Assembly: GCA_039096225.1 (NCBI GenBank)
Contig: JBBPEB010000007.1
Coordinates: 744,001-808,000 of the forward strand
DNA length: 64,000 bases
From: Blastocystis sp. Blastoise
Taxonomy: Eukaryota; Protista; Bigyra: Opalinata
Reading direction: 5' to 3'
Shown here: in pieces, positions 1 through 29,065 of the stretch
Numbering within the stretch: the stretch's first letter is position 1
How the letters are laid out: every line of letters begins with the position of its first letter
Position numbers and translations under genes: made by a program
Notes under the pieces: model-generated
Told to the model about the DNA's origin: nothing
Databases searched by the model: none
The model's input: the letters and a program-made list of their open reading frames with translations, nothing else

Positions 1-206
1 TGAAGAGAGTACTCAATTTTATGACGAGAACTATATAGAGGAATATATAGGAATATATAGAGGAAAATATATTTGATAATATATAGGAATATATTGAGAA
101 TATATATATATTTCATATATATATCTCATATATATTTCATATATATATTTCAAATATAGGAATATATATATTTCAAATATAGGAATATATATATGAATAT
201 ATTTGA

Positions 207-264
<58 letters not shown>

Positions 265-306
265 GTAGCTGTCTTATCAATAGGTTCGTGATCAGAACTT
301 TCTGAA

Positions 307-347
<41 letters not shown>

Positions 348-875
348 TTATATAGATACTAGACTGATTATCTTCACTTTCTTCTTCTTCATCATCTATA
401 TATATATTATATATATATATATATAGTATTATATGTATATGTATATATACTTGAATATCTATCCTCATTATCATCTATAGAATAGTATATAATGATATAT
501 ATATAGAATATATTAGTATATAATAGAGCAGAAAAAATATATATATATATCAATAATTATATCTGTATATACTGGAATCACTTGATTCTCCATCAACTAT
601 ATATATATATAATTATATATATATATTGATAATAATATATTATATACATTTCAATCGTTTATAGGCATAATCATCTCCTATAGAATAATATATATATATG
701 GTTATATATATGGTTATATATACGATTATATAATGAAGATGCTTTCACAAAAGAAGTACTATATATATATAGAGAGAAAGAATATTAATAATATAAATAA
801 TACTATTAATATATACCTTGATAATACAGTTAGATTATTTCGTTTCCCACGGGGATTATTCTGATTCTGACGAGG

Positions 876-942
<67 letters not shown>

Positions 943-1000
943 TTTGCAATAATCACAACATTTGGCGGGAGCTGTTGGATGACAGTATTCTTATTAAGGG

Positions 1001-1039
<39 letters not shown>

Positions 1040-1263
1040 AATAATAAGTATAATAAGATATAGCTTCATCAAAGTATTTTAATATGGCCATTCTTCTACA
1101 TGCACGTGCAGTGCACATGGTATATACACATTCTAACTCATATAGATCTCGCTCTATATATATATATATATAGTATTATCAATTTATTATATATACCAAT
1201 ATCTTTTTCATTTCTATCTTTTGCATTACACAAAGTATATCGTAAGCTCTTACTATATATTAA

Positions 1264-1313
<50 letters not shown>

Positions 1314-1613
1314 TATATACAAATCTTGTTCGTTAAAGAACACAATACACTGACACAGGCCTCCGTCACGACCTCCTCGACCACTCTCCTATATATACAT
1401 ATATATATATATAATATACGTATATTAAGTGTTAATAAATACAACTATATATACATATATACTTGATAATAGGAATAGATTGAAGAAGGAACATTCCAGT
1501 GAATGACGAGACGTACGTCACTTTTATCAACACCCATACCAACGGCAATTGTTCCGATAATCACGTGAACAGCACCTGATAACCACATGTTCAAATTATC
1601 TTCTCTTTCTTTG

Positions 1614-1711
<98 letters not shown>

Positions 1712-3076
1712 CAATATACAGTTAGGGAAGCATGATAAACAACTGCTGCAATATTGTGATACTTCAAATATGTTAATATTGTAGCAGCCTCATCTTTTCT
1801 TCGAACATAAATAAGAACAGATTCATTCAGGTGTTTCTGTATTAGTGAGCATAACGGATTATAACCGTCATCTTCATCTTTAACTCTTATATCATAGAAT
1901 AGATTGGGTCTATTGAAATCACTTTTAATCTTTATACATCCGTCGATATGCAACTCCTTCTCAATATCTAAAGCTACTTTCTATATATATACATATATAT
2001 ATATTTTAAGAAATAATATTGATTCACATACTTATCAAATATGAATTAATGTATATATATATATATATATATATATTATAAAAATAATACTGATTCACAA
2101 ACTTATCAATTATGAATTAATATATATATATATATACTTTGGGAGCAGAAGCAGTTAGTGCCATTACAGGGACTTTAGGCATCAGAGAAGTGACTGACCA
2201 GATAGAACGATAGGACCGACGGAAATCAACACCCCAACTATATATATAGATATATTGATTCTGTTATATATATATGTAGAATAATTGTAGAATATAATAT
2301 TATAATTAATCATAATAACTATAATAAAGATAATAAATATAATAATATAATAAATATAATAAACACAATAAATATATAAATAAAACTAATCATAATAATA
2401 ATAAAAATAAAACATAATACATAAAATATATACGTTGAAATACAATGCGCTTCATCGACGGCGATTAATTTGAGTTGATTTCGCGAATAAAGATCTAAAA
2501 TAATTTGTTTGAAATCCGTTTGACATAATCTCTCTGGAGTAATATATAGCAATCGAATACAACAGTCATGTGTTGTATCTTTCAACTTCTTTATTATAGA
2601 TTGAACTTCAAGTTTTGTTTGTGATGATGATATATATTCTGCATTGATCTTCAATGACTTTAATTTTGCAACTATATTTTGATGCTTTTATTTGATATGA
2701 TTAATATACCTTGATCCTGCATCAAAGAAATCAATGGCGAGATAACAATACCCAATCCTCCTTCTATTAATGGAGGTAATTGATAACATAAAGATTTCCC
2801 ACCTAATTGGCTATTGAGATAAAACATAATTGATCTTACCTCCTGTTGGTAACAGTACCATACAGTTCTTCTTGTTAAGTATACATCGTATTGCCTCTTT
2901 AGAACGCATAAAAAATTGAATTATTCATAAATACCTATTTGTTTTGGTCTAAAAGTTCTGTGATGAAACCTAAAACATGTATAAACTACATTGAGAACAC
3001 AATAAACATACCATTTCTCCAATTGATCACAAAGATACTCATCCGTTACTTCTTTTTTGACTGTATACTTGTTCAT
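1..3076 (-). CDS. RecQ-family DNA helicase, multi-exon, 3' end runs off the window
   Basis: Spliced translation gives [19 protein letters not shown] (motif I), [19 protein letters not shown] (DEAH), ALTASA, FNRPNL, YYQESGR, and the RQC Zn motif [10 protein letters not shown]...C...CCDYC. ATG at 3074-3076. Confidence 0.93.
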
Positions 3077-3811
3077 ATTGACTGTATCTATTTCTTGTAT
3101 GAAAGAAATACTTACTTTCAAATAAACACAATGAGAATAGATATAATTAAAAGAGCTTTTTTAAATAATTCTGTTTCTCAAAAGAAATTTCTTCAACAAA
3201 ACATAGAAATTGCTTTTGAGAAATATATTTACTTTTAATCTTCTTTTTATCATAAATAGGCAGAATATATAAACTTATGTGATTTTTCCATATATGTCTA
3301 ATTAAATGAGAGTGTATCTGTGACAAGAATTAATGGATTCAATACAAGTTGAGTGGATACTATCCTATTTTAAAGCATTTATATATTTTTGGAATGATAA
3401 ACAGACTTAGTCAATAAAATAAACATAAGAACATGCTTAAATATGATATTAGTTCATATTGTGATCACAATCAAGTTTCTTTTAACGTCGCCAGATTTGT
3501 CTATCACTCATTTCATCTCATTTGTAGATGAAATATGAGGAGTATCATGGTTTTTACCACATTTGAGTAATTACAAATGTCTCATAACAACGAGAAAAGA
3601 TTTTCTTTTTCAAGCTGGTTCTATATAAATTTTTAAATCAAAAGAATCGCAATGTATTTATTATTAAATAGTACGATAAAAAAAAGCATTTAAAAACTCT
3701 TTTCACGAGAATTTATTATTTTGGCGGTAAGTTTCGTTGTTTATTAAAAAATATGATTTTTCTTTTCTTATTTATTTAGTTCATCACATATACAATTAGG
3801 ATATAACTAGA

Positions 3812-4431
3812 ATGTATTACGTATTCACTTGCTATTCATTATAAATTCTGTTGTCTAGGTCACAACCACAACCTGATGATTCGAAACAAGAACAAGATAA
3901 CGGTCCTTCAGTGAAATATCAAAAGGTATATTGAATCGCTATTTCAATTTCATACTATTAAATAATAATATAGCTCGCAGAAGTTGGAAAAGGTACTTAT
4001 GGTACAGTGTATGTCTATGTTTTTTCATTCAAATTATCTTGTATATCATTTTTTTAGTTATAAGGCACTTGACAGATATACTGGACACATTGTAGCTATT
4101 AAGAAGATGTCATTTGGAAAACCCGATGAAGGCATTCCACCAGTTATTTTGCGTGAAACTGCTATTTTACGTGATCTTCATCATCCAAATATTGTGCAGT
4201 ATTTCAGTTATATATAAATTAATTATTTATGATAAATTATATGCATTTGCATTTTTAAGGTCGAGAGATGTCATATAATTGTCTCTATTATTATTTAATA
4301 TATATATATATAGTTTGGAATCTATTATTGTTGAAGATACTCATATATCTCTAGTTTTTGAATTTGTAGAAACAGATCTTAAGAAATATATGGAATCTTT
4401 TAGATACGGTCTTGGACCCGACCAAATTAAA

Positions 4432-4467
<36 letters not shown>

Positions 4468-5660
4468 ATTTATAAATATATTGAAAATGTTTTTATAATT
4501 GATATATATATATAATTTATAGAAGTTTTTATTTCAACTTTTATTAGCAGTTCGTTATTTACATTCCAAGAAAATATTTCATCGTGATATAAAGCCACAA
4601 GTATATATATATATATAAGATTAATAATAATAAATATAATAATAATATTATTATATATAATAGTAATAATATATGTAATAATAATAAAAATATATAATAA
4701 ATGTAATAATAATAATATTATATATATAATTATGAATATATTTAGAATATATTAGTAGATTCAAAAGGTTGTCTGAAACTGACTGACTTTGGCTTATCTC
4801 GTCATTTTGGCTTTCCACTTAAAACATACACACGAGAAGTCTATATTTATCTATATATATATATATATAATTTCTTTTATCATATATTTTCTTTTTATCA
4901 TGATTCTCTATATTAATTATATACATATAATTAAAATTCTATTTTTTTTTCTATATATAGGTAGTTACTCTATATTACCGCGCACCTGAGATCTTCCTTG
5001 GTGACGAGCATTATTTGGCGGCAATCGACGTATGGTCCATTGGGTGTATATTCGCGGAAATGGTGAATAATGACTTTATTTTCCAAGGAGAAACTGAAGT
5101 CTCTATTTTATTCACTATATTCCAGTATTTATTGTTATTTTATTCTATTTATTCTATTTAGTATTATACTTATTATATTAAACATATACTATATATCTAT
5201 AATAATAATAAATAAATAAATAATTCATAGAGTATATATATAAATAATATATTCTATATATAGTAAACTAGGTACCCCAACCGAAGAGACATGGCCGGGA
5301 GTAAGTCAATTGCCAAATATGAATCCTAATTTCCCTCACTGGCCACAAAGACATATTCGACAATTTGTTCCGAGTTTAGAACCACAAGGTCAAGATCTAT
5401 TAGAAGTATTTATTTTTAACATTTTTTAAATTTTATTTTCACTTTTCTCTTTTTTCTACTTTTCATATATATATATTTTATTTTTTTTTTATTAAATTAG
5501 CTTATTATTCTATCATACTTTCAATGAACTTGTAATATATATGCATACATATATATAGAAAATGCTTATATTAAATCCTGAAGAAAGAATTTCAACCAAA
5601 GATGCTCTTGATCATCCTTATTTTGATGATATTCGTGATTTATATCCAAGTTATGAATAG
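3812..5660 (+). CDS. Cyclin-dependent kinase (CDK1/2-like), multi-exon
   Basis: [27 protein letters not shown] (PSTAIRE position), [48 protein letters not shown] at 5658-5660. Confidence 0.95.
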
Positions 5661-5962
5661 TCACAGAATAGAATATATTATTAATTCGCATACAAAATAA
5701 ATGTTTATTATTTCTATCTTAATGTTTTTTTCTTTTTCTTCATTTCATAATTTAATTCATCATCTATCTTGTTTGCTTTCTCATCTTATAAATACACACG
5801 TTTCATAAGTAAATAATCCATTTTAAGTCTATTTAACAATCATTTTTATGACATTTTCAACAATTTTCAGACTTTTTCATTCACATGTTTTTCATTTTTT
5901 GTTTTTTTAATATTAATTTATAGTAGTAGATTGCAATTGATTTCTGAAAAAGTCACCAGACA

Positions 5963-9733
<3,771 letters not shown>

Positions 9734-10096
9734 AAGAAAACACTCATTTTCCTTTAATTTTTATTTTTGTTTTATTTTTTAATGCTTTCTATCTATATAT
9801 ATGCTATTCCTGATTATTTCCCTCTCTTTTGATTGGCAACTACAGCAATTCTTGAACCCATTTGACATCTCTACATATCAAATAATATTTTTATTTAGAT
9901 TTCTCGTATAATCCATAGCACAATACACATACAGAGTATTCAAATATTAAAAATAGAAAATGATGACAAATGAAAAAGTCTTTTAAAAAGTGTGAACTCA
10001 TTTTTTTTTGGAAACTCAAAAGAAAAACGGAAGAAATGGAAAAGAGAAATTTGCATTTCATTTTTATCGTTTTTAATTGCTTGTTTTTGTATTAAA

Positions 10097-12141
10097 ATGA
10101 TTGACATTCCTATTATTATTGCCATATCTGTGTTATGCGCATGGTTGGCTATATATCAATTTGTAGTGATTCCTGTTTCGATTTCTGTCATCACCATATC
10201 TACTTGTATTGCTTACTTAGGTGCTAGACGTGGAGCTTATTTACAGCATGTATCATCTATACTTTTATTTTAATATAGTTTCAAATTATAATTGAATCTA
10301 TTTATGTAGTCTGATGTAATGAGTAAAGGAGATGTAGCTTCATTCCCATTTATTGCTTCTGCCACTTTATTTGGAATTTATTTGTTATTTAAGAAGTTTG
10401 ATAATATCGACTTTAAGGGTTATCTTTTCTATTATATTTTATTTGTTTGTTACAATTCTCTTGTTCAATTACTTACTCCTTTATTAAGAAAATTCATCAA
10501 CAAAGTATGCTATTATCATTTTATTTAGTATATATTTTCTATAGTCTATTTATAAGAGAACATTCACTATTCCTTATCTTGATAGTATATATATATATTA
10601 TTATTATTTTTGTTGTATTTATTGTATTTTATTCTGTTAATGTTTATTATCTTTGTTGTATTTATTGTATTTTATTCTGTTAATGTTTATTATCTTTGTT
10701 GTATTTATTGTATTTTATTCTGTTAATGTTTATTATCTTTGTTGTATTTATTGTATTTTATTCTGTTAATGTTTATTATCTTTGTTGTATTTATTGTATT
10801 TTATTCTGTTAATGTTTATTATCTTTGTTGTATTTATTGTATTTTATTCTGTTAATGTTTATTATCTTTGTTGTATATATTTTATTTTATTATGTTAATG
10901 TGATTAAATTATTTATATAGAAGTTGATATTGATATATCTGTTGAAGCTATACTTAGTTATATTCTTGCTTTCCCCGCTATTTTCTGGTATTATAAAACT
11001 GAAAGTTGGATTGGTAATGATATTTTTGGTACTTTATTATGTATTCAAGTATATATTTAGCATTTATGAATAATATTGTAAAATATTATTTTTTAATTTA
11101 ATTTTACAATTCTTATGTGTGTTTTTATTATTATTATATATTTTTAATTCTACTATTCTTATAATATACATTATTTATTAATTATTATATATTATTCATC
11201 AATAGGCTATTTCTGAAATTTCCGTTGGTTCTGTAAAGAATGGAATTCTTCTCCTTGTATATATATATATTTATATTATTTGAATACTTGTTTATTTTCA
11301 TTAAATATATATATAATACCCTATATATCTTAATATATATAATAGGGATTATTATTTTTCTATGATATATTTTGGGTATTTGGTACTGAAGTAATGGTAA
11401 CCGTAGGTATTGGTATGAAAGGCCCCGTCAAGTTTATGTTTCCTAAACATATTCCTATAGTTGATAATAATACTATGAGTGATTTCTCTGCTTTAGGTTT
11501 GGGTGATGTTTGTATTCCTGGATTCTTTATGGCTTTATTATATCGTTATGATATCTATAAAGCAAATGTAAAATCTATTGAAGATTTCCAACAAAAAGAT
11601 GCTACTTATTTCCATATCTCTATTTTCTCTTATCTCTTTGCCTTACTTACTACTACAGTAGTCATGCTAGTTTTCAATCATCCTCAAGTATATATTCTTA
11701 TATATATTTATTATTATATACTTATCATTTTTATATCTTATATATATTTATTATTATATACTTATCATTTTTATATCTTATATATATTTATTATTTATAT
11801 ACTTATCATTTTTATATCTTATATATATTTATTATTATATACTTATCATTTTTATATCTTATATATATTTATTATTATATACTTATCATTTTTATATCTT
11901 ATATATATTTATTATTATATACTTATCATTTTTATATCTTATATATATTTATAATTATATCTTTTATATACATTAATCTTATTATCTTTCATCCTTTATA
12001 TATTATTTATAGCCAGCTTTATTATATATTTCTCCTGCTCTTATTATTTCATGTTTACTTACGGGTTACTTCAAGAAAGATATTACAAATCTTTTTGCTT
12101 ATGATGAAGAAAAACCAGAAATCAAAACTAAAACGGATTAA
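10097..12141 (+). CDS. Signal peptide peptidase (HM13/SPP, GxGD intramembrane aspartyl protease)
   Basis: FFYDIFWVFGTEVMVTV, LGLGD and HPQPALLY motifs, several transmembrane segments, C-terminal dilysine ER-retrieval-like KTKTD*. Confidence 0.93.
10610..10880. repeat. Intronic 43-bp minisatellite (~6 copies) in SPP
   Basis: Unit TTGTTGTATTTATTGTATTTTATTCTGTTAATGTTTATTATCT. Confidence 0.95.
11697..11950. repeat. Intronic ~40-bp minisatellite (~6 copies) in SPP
   Basis: Unit CTTATATATATTTATTATTATATACTTATCATTTTTATAT. Confidence 0.9.
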
Positions 12142-12456
12142 ACATTGTCTATTATTGGGTTGTATAACTGTTTCGAATATATATATATTGTTTTGTTGAT
12201 ATATATTTTTTTAATTATATGATAAAAACTATTGTTCTATGTTGTGTGCCATTAAAAATAAATAATTCTTATATATACTTCTTATGTAAATATAAATAGC
12301 ATATAAAGAGAATATAAAATGACAACAAAAATAATAATCATAAAAAACTTGTATAAAACATACGTTCTGGTTGTGTATTCTATAAAAAAAAATTGATTGA
12401 AAAGCAAAAGAAATACATATATAATCTCTCTTTATTCAGGATATCACAAATGATAT

Positions 12457-13686
12457 TTAGTTGGATTCCCAAGTATTAGTAGCGGTAGCAGCTTCAGATT
12501 CAGTCCAAGCACTATCTTCAGGAATTTCATTTTCGTTAGTGTTATCTTCAGCGGCGGCAGCAGCTTCTTCAGCAGCTCTCTTTTCTTCAGCTTCAAGCTT
12601 GGCAATTTCTTCTTGATCACGAGAGATGAAGAGATCAACAGCAACATCCCAAGGTTGATCACGAGGAATAGTACCTCTCATACGGAGGATTTCACGGGCA
12701 AGAAGCCAATACATTAAACCAATGGAGTTCTTGAATTTGTTGTTACAGGGAATGGCAACATCAACACAAGAAAGGTTGGCATCAGCATTGCAAAGAGCAA
12801 TACAGGGAATGTTGACACAGGAAGCTTCCTTGATGGGTTAAATAAATATAAATATTTATGAATTATTATTAGCATTTTTATTTATAAAAGGGAAAAAAAT
12901 AGAAATGATTTCTAAATGAATAAAAACAATAAAAATCTCATTTAAAAAAAAATCTTTCAAATATATATATAGAAAGAAAACAGTATTTTGAATGAATCAA
13001 AATATTATAATAATAAAAAAATAATTATTATCTATAATTTGTATTCATATTATTTATTCATTGATGATTCTTCCATTTTGTATATTTTGAATGAATAATA
13101 TTACATATGAATACTGATATAGTGTTCTCAAAAGTATATAATAAATTGAAGAATAAAAATTAAATATATATATATAAGATTTAAAAAGTAGAATATGAAT
13201 ATAATTATACTTGAGAATCGACGGAAGGATCGGTAACAATTAATAAACGAGGTTCACGGAATTGTTTGGTGATTTGGTTAGTGAAAGTACCGGGAGTATA
13301 ACGACCACTGACAGTTTGACAACCAGTGTATTGACAGAACTTAAGAACAGAACGTTGACCAACAGGACGAGAAGAAATGACAACAATATCTTGAGGATTT
13401 TCAATAGCTACAATAATTTTAGCAGCAAGAACGAGTTTTTCCCAAGTCTTGGAAAGATCAATAACATGAACGCCTGTAATTGATTTATTTATTAATTAAT
13501 TATTCTTCTGAAATTATTTTAAACGTGTATAAAGCAGAAAATGAAAAAAAATAATAATAAAATAATAAAAAATGCGCCTTCGTTGTTTCTATCATAAACA
13601 TATTCGCTCATCATATTGTTCATATTCTTGGTACCAAGATGAACATTAGCAGCGAGCATTCTACGGGCATCATCAGAAGTGTACAT
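12457..13686 (-). CDS. RPSA: 40S ribosomal protein SA (uS2), 3 exons
   Basis: [80 protein letters not shown]. Confidence 0.97.
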
Positions 13687-14312
13687 TGTGAATGATTAAA
13701 TGTTGTCGTTCATATTTTTTATATATTTTTGTATATCATCATATCGATCAATAAATATATACGTGAGATTAAGAGCCATTGTGATTCTGTGTATTAACTA
13801 CAAGCAAAAAGAGAGATGTTTAAGTATTTGCTTAACCATAAACAAGTTAATGGTTTTTTTGGTTACAAGTAGAATTTTAATTTCCTTAAATACGGAGAGA
13901 CGTTCATTATTTTCGTAAAAAGTCATATTTTTTTAGGATTTTTTTCTATATTAAGAACGACACTTGCATCCATCAAAAAGTTTACCTTGAGAATTTTTTA
14001 CTTTTTAAGAAACCTTGAATTAACCATTGAAATCTGACAAAAATAATTTAACCCCTGGTTTTTTTGGAGTCATAGATATTATAGGCTTTTTCAAAGTCGA
14101 ATGGTGGGGGTGAAATCAAAAGTTTGTCCTTGAAATTTTTTTTGCTTTTTCACTTGTTTATAAGCAATTTAATTAACTCCACAAAGGTATATATCTGTCA
14201 ATTTTTATATGTCATTATTAATATTATGCACTTCACGTTATTATTTTGCTAATCTTCTATATAACAAATTTTTCATAACTAAAATTACAATTCATTTATC
14301 AAAGACATCAGT

Positions 14313-14812
14313 ATGCCTAAAGCTGTCTCTAAGTATTACCCCGCTTACGATATAACCCCTAAGCCCAAGGGACCTGCTCCCAAACAAGCTAAGCTTCGTT
14401 CTACCATTGTTCCTGGTACCGTTTTAATTATTCTTGCTGGACGTTTCCATGGAAAGCGTGTTGTCTTCCTTAAGCAACTCGAATCTGGTTTACTCCTTGT
14501 TTCTGGTCCTTACAAGATCAATGGTGTTCCTCTTAGACGTATCAACCCTTGTTACGTTATTGCTACCTCAACTAAGGTTGATGTTGCTAACGTCACTATT
14601 CCTGAACACATCAACGATGCTTACTTCACCAAGAAGGAAGAAAAGAAGACTAGAGAAGAAATTTTCTTTGATAAGGATATTAAGCCAATTATTTTTATTT
14701 TTATTTTGTATTCATTATGTCATAATTTATTATAATATGGATCAATCAGAATATCTTAAATGAAGATTCATCATAATATAATAGTTTTGGTGTAAATTTT
14801 ATACTGAATACG

Positions 14813-14843
<31 letters not shown>

Positions 14844-15041
14844 CAAGTTATTCTATATATTTATGAATTATAAAATATATATATTAAGCCCGCCGTTATT
14901 GCTGAAGAACGTAAGGCTGATCAAAAGGCTGTCGATGCTGCTCTTCTTGCTAACATTGAAAAGGTTAAATATATGAAGCAATACCTTAATGCTAAATTCT
15001 CCTTAACCAAGTACGATCATCCTCATGATATGAAATTCTAA
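14313..15041 (+). CDS. RPL6: 60S ribosomal protein L6 (eL6), 2 coding exons plus a probable 5'UTR intron (14187-14304)
   Basis: [59 protein letters not shown]...PHDMKF*. Confidence 0.97.
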
Positions 15042-15212
15042 GGAGTCTTCTTTATAACTGCTTTGTGGAATTTATAATTGTATTGTTTATTTAGTTCTAA
15101 ACGTTTAAGAATGTCAAAACAACTATCAAGTGAATTTCAAACAAACATTATTTATTTATAATGAAACACTAACATATATATATTTTTATAACATAAATTT
15201 TGTTTCTATATT

Positions 15213-17801
<2,589 letters not shown>

Positions 17802-18001
17802 GCTTAGTTTTCAATTAGTTTATAAAAACAAAAACAAAAATCTTATATTCCTAAAAATATTTAAAAAAATACTACAACCATTTCGAAAAACCATGATAAA
17901 ATGAAAACTGTTCTCAAACTATTTTTCTTATTCAATTGTAAGTCTATTTTATATCATCTTTTCCTCTAAACAATCTTTAGTGATTTAAAACTATCTTTGA
18001 A

Positions 18002-18435
18002 ATGGCTGACGAACTGAAAAATCTCATTAATCGTATACTTTTTACTCTATTGTTTCATCACTTCTATAGAAAAAGTTCTCGTTATGACAAATGATGGAAG
18101 AACACTGATTGTATTCACTTTTTAAATATATAATTACTACTATTTTTTTTATTAGGGCGATTTAAGAGGTCTTGATCAAGTCACTAATATTGTTCTAGAA
18201 GATACTGTTGAACGTATATTCTCACCCACAGAACCTATGTCTGAACTTCACATTGGTGTCAATCTCATTAGAGGTGACGACGTGTACATATTCTTTTTTA
18301 ATTCTTCTATTCTATTATTCCTTCTCTATTTTATTTATATTTAGAGCAATCATCGGAGAATACTCTCCTGAAATCGATGAAGAAAGTGCAGTTTCCACAT
18401 TACATGGAGATCGTATCAAACGAATTGTTGTTTAA
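18002..18435 (+). CDS. LSM8: U6 snRNA-associated Sm-like protein LSm8, 4 exons
   Basis: KVLVMTNDGRTLIGDLRGLDQVTNIVL..TVERIFS, IGVNLIRGDDVAIIGE. Confidence 0.88.
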
Positions 18436-18765
18436 TTTTTTTCTTGTTTTATATATATATATTTTTTGTTTTTATATAAATTTTTTTTCTGTTTGTTGTG
18501 TCTTCTATATTCTATATTACAATATATAAATTTGGCTCATTTCTATAACCATTTAATTATCTTATTTCCATGTTTGTATAGTTTCACTTTTGTTTTTATA
18601 TGATATTCTGCCTCATCATTTACAGACATCATAATGCATATAAAAAAAATTAAAAAAACTTTTTATTGAATAATCTCATCATGATAAAGACGAACTAACT
18701 CTTTTAAATGATAAATAATTTTTCATTTTTATTTTTTTGTTGTTTTCTTTTTTTTATCCACTTCA

Positions 18766-24475
<5,710 letters not shown>

Positions 24476-25007
24476 ATTACTTTTTATTACAATTATGTTT
24501 TATATATATTTTTATGTATTTTCTATTATATGTGTATTGTATTGTTATAATTGATATCACAAATACATAATTAAATGTTCATAACAAAACAAAATAAAAT
24601 AAATAATAAAAAATCTAATTATACGTAGGAAGTATTATATATAAATATAAATACATATAAATATAGAATAGGTTTAAAGAGAAACAAATGAAAGACGAAT
24701 ATAAATCATATAAAACAATAGTATATATATTTATATGAAAAGAGAACTAATATAAATACTATTATTGGAATACTAAAAACAATATAATTGAACAAATGAC
24801 TACAAATAGAAGCAGAAAAAGAATAGTTATTTATATATATATAAATCTATTTATCTATATATATACATATTTATATATAGAAACGAGTAATAAGAGTTGA
24901 ATAGCTGATATGATATATATATAAATAAATCATAAAATAAGGAAAAACAAATATGAGTAAATATAATAGTATTTCGAAATATTGAAATACTATTCCTCTT
25001 GTTTGGT

Positions 25008-28274
<3,267 letters not shown>

Positions 28275-28768
28275 CTTGTTGTTTCTATATTAAGTATTAG
28301 GGCAGACAATACAATAAATAGGAATGAAAACACACATTTTATGAATCTAACCCTTTTCTGTATCCGAATAGTTGCGGGAATCTTAGTTATTGGCGATATT
28401 TTTGAGTTTCTCCCATTATTTCTAGATATGTATACGCTTACAAAAAAAAAGAAAAGAAAACAAAATTAAGAATATTTCAACAGAGTTGAAACAATCTGAA
28501 TGAAGAATTGTGTTTTAAAAACTTGATGTACTTTCATTTCAACTTTTGAATAAAATGGTGACATTTATAGAGTTTTATAATCAAAGATTTTTTAATATGG
28601 CAAGTAATACTAATAAATTGAACATAGTTGTGACTGATCGTTATAGATGAATAACAAATGAATATAAAAACAACAAAGAATATCATTGATAATAACATAG
28701 AGATAAAATAACGTTTGCATGAAAGCAAGTATATTAAAGTTCATCTATGAAATGAAAGAATGAATAGT

Positions 28769-29022
28769 TTAATTGGGGCATTCCTTAGCAGTATGTCCAG
28801 GTTGGTTGCATTTACGGCAGATAATAGGAGAAGGACATTCAGAAGCTTTGTGACCAGGTTGCTTGCAGTTACGGCAAATCATTTCGTTGGTACACTCAGA
28901 AGCCTTATGACCAGGTTGGCCACAGTTACGGCATACCATTTCATTAGTACAGTCAGCAGAAACGTGACCGAATTGACCACACTTGAAACTATAGAATAAA
29001 TAAATAAAATAAATAAATAAAA

Positions 29023-29065
<43 letters not shown>

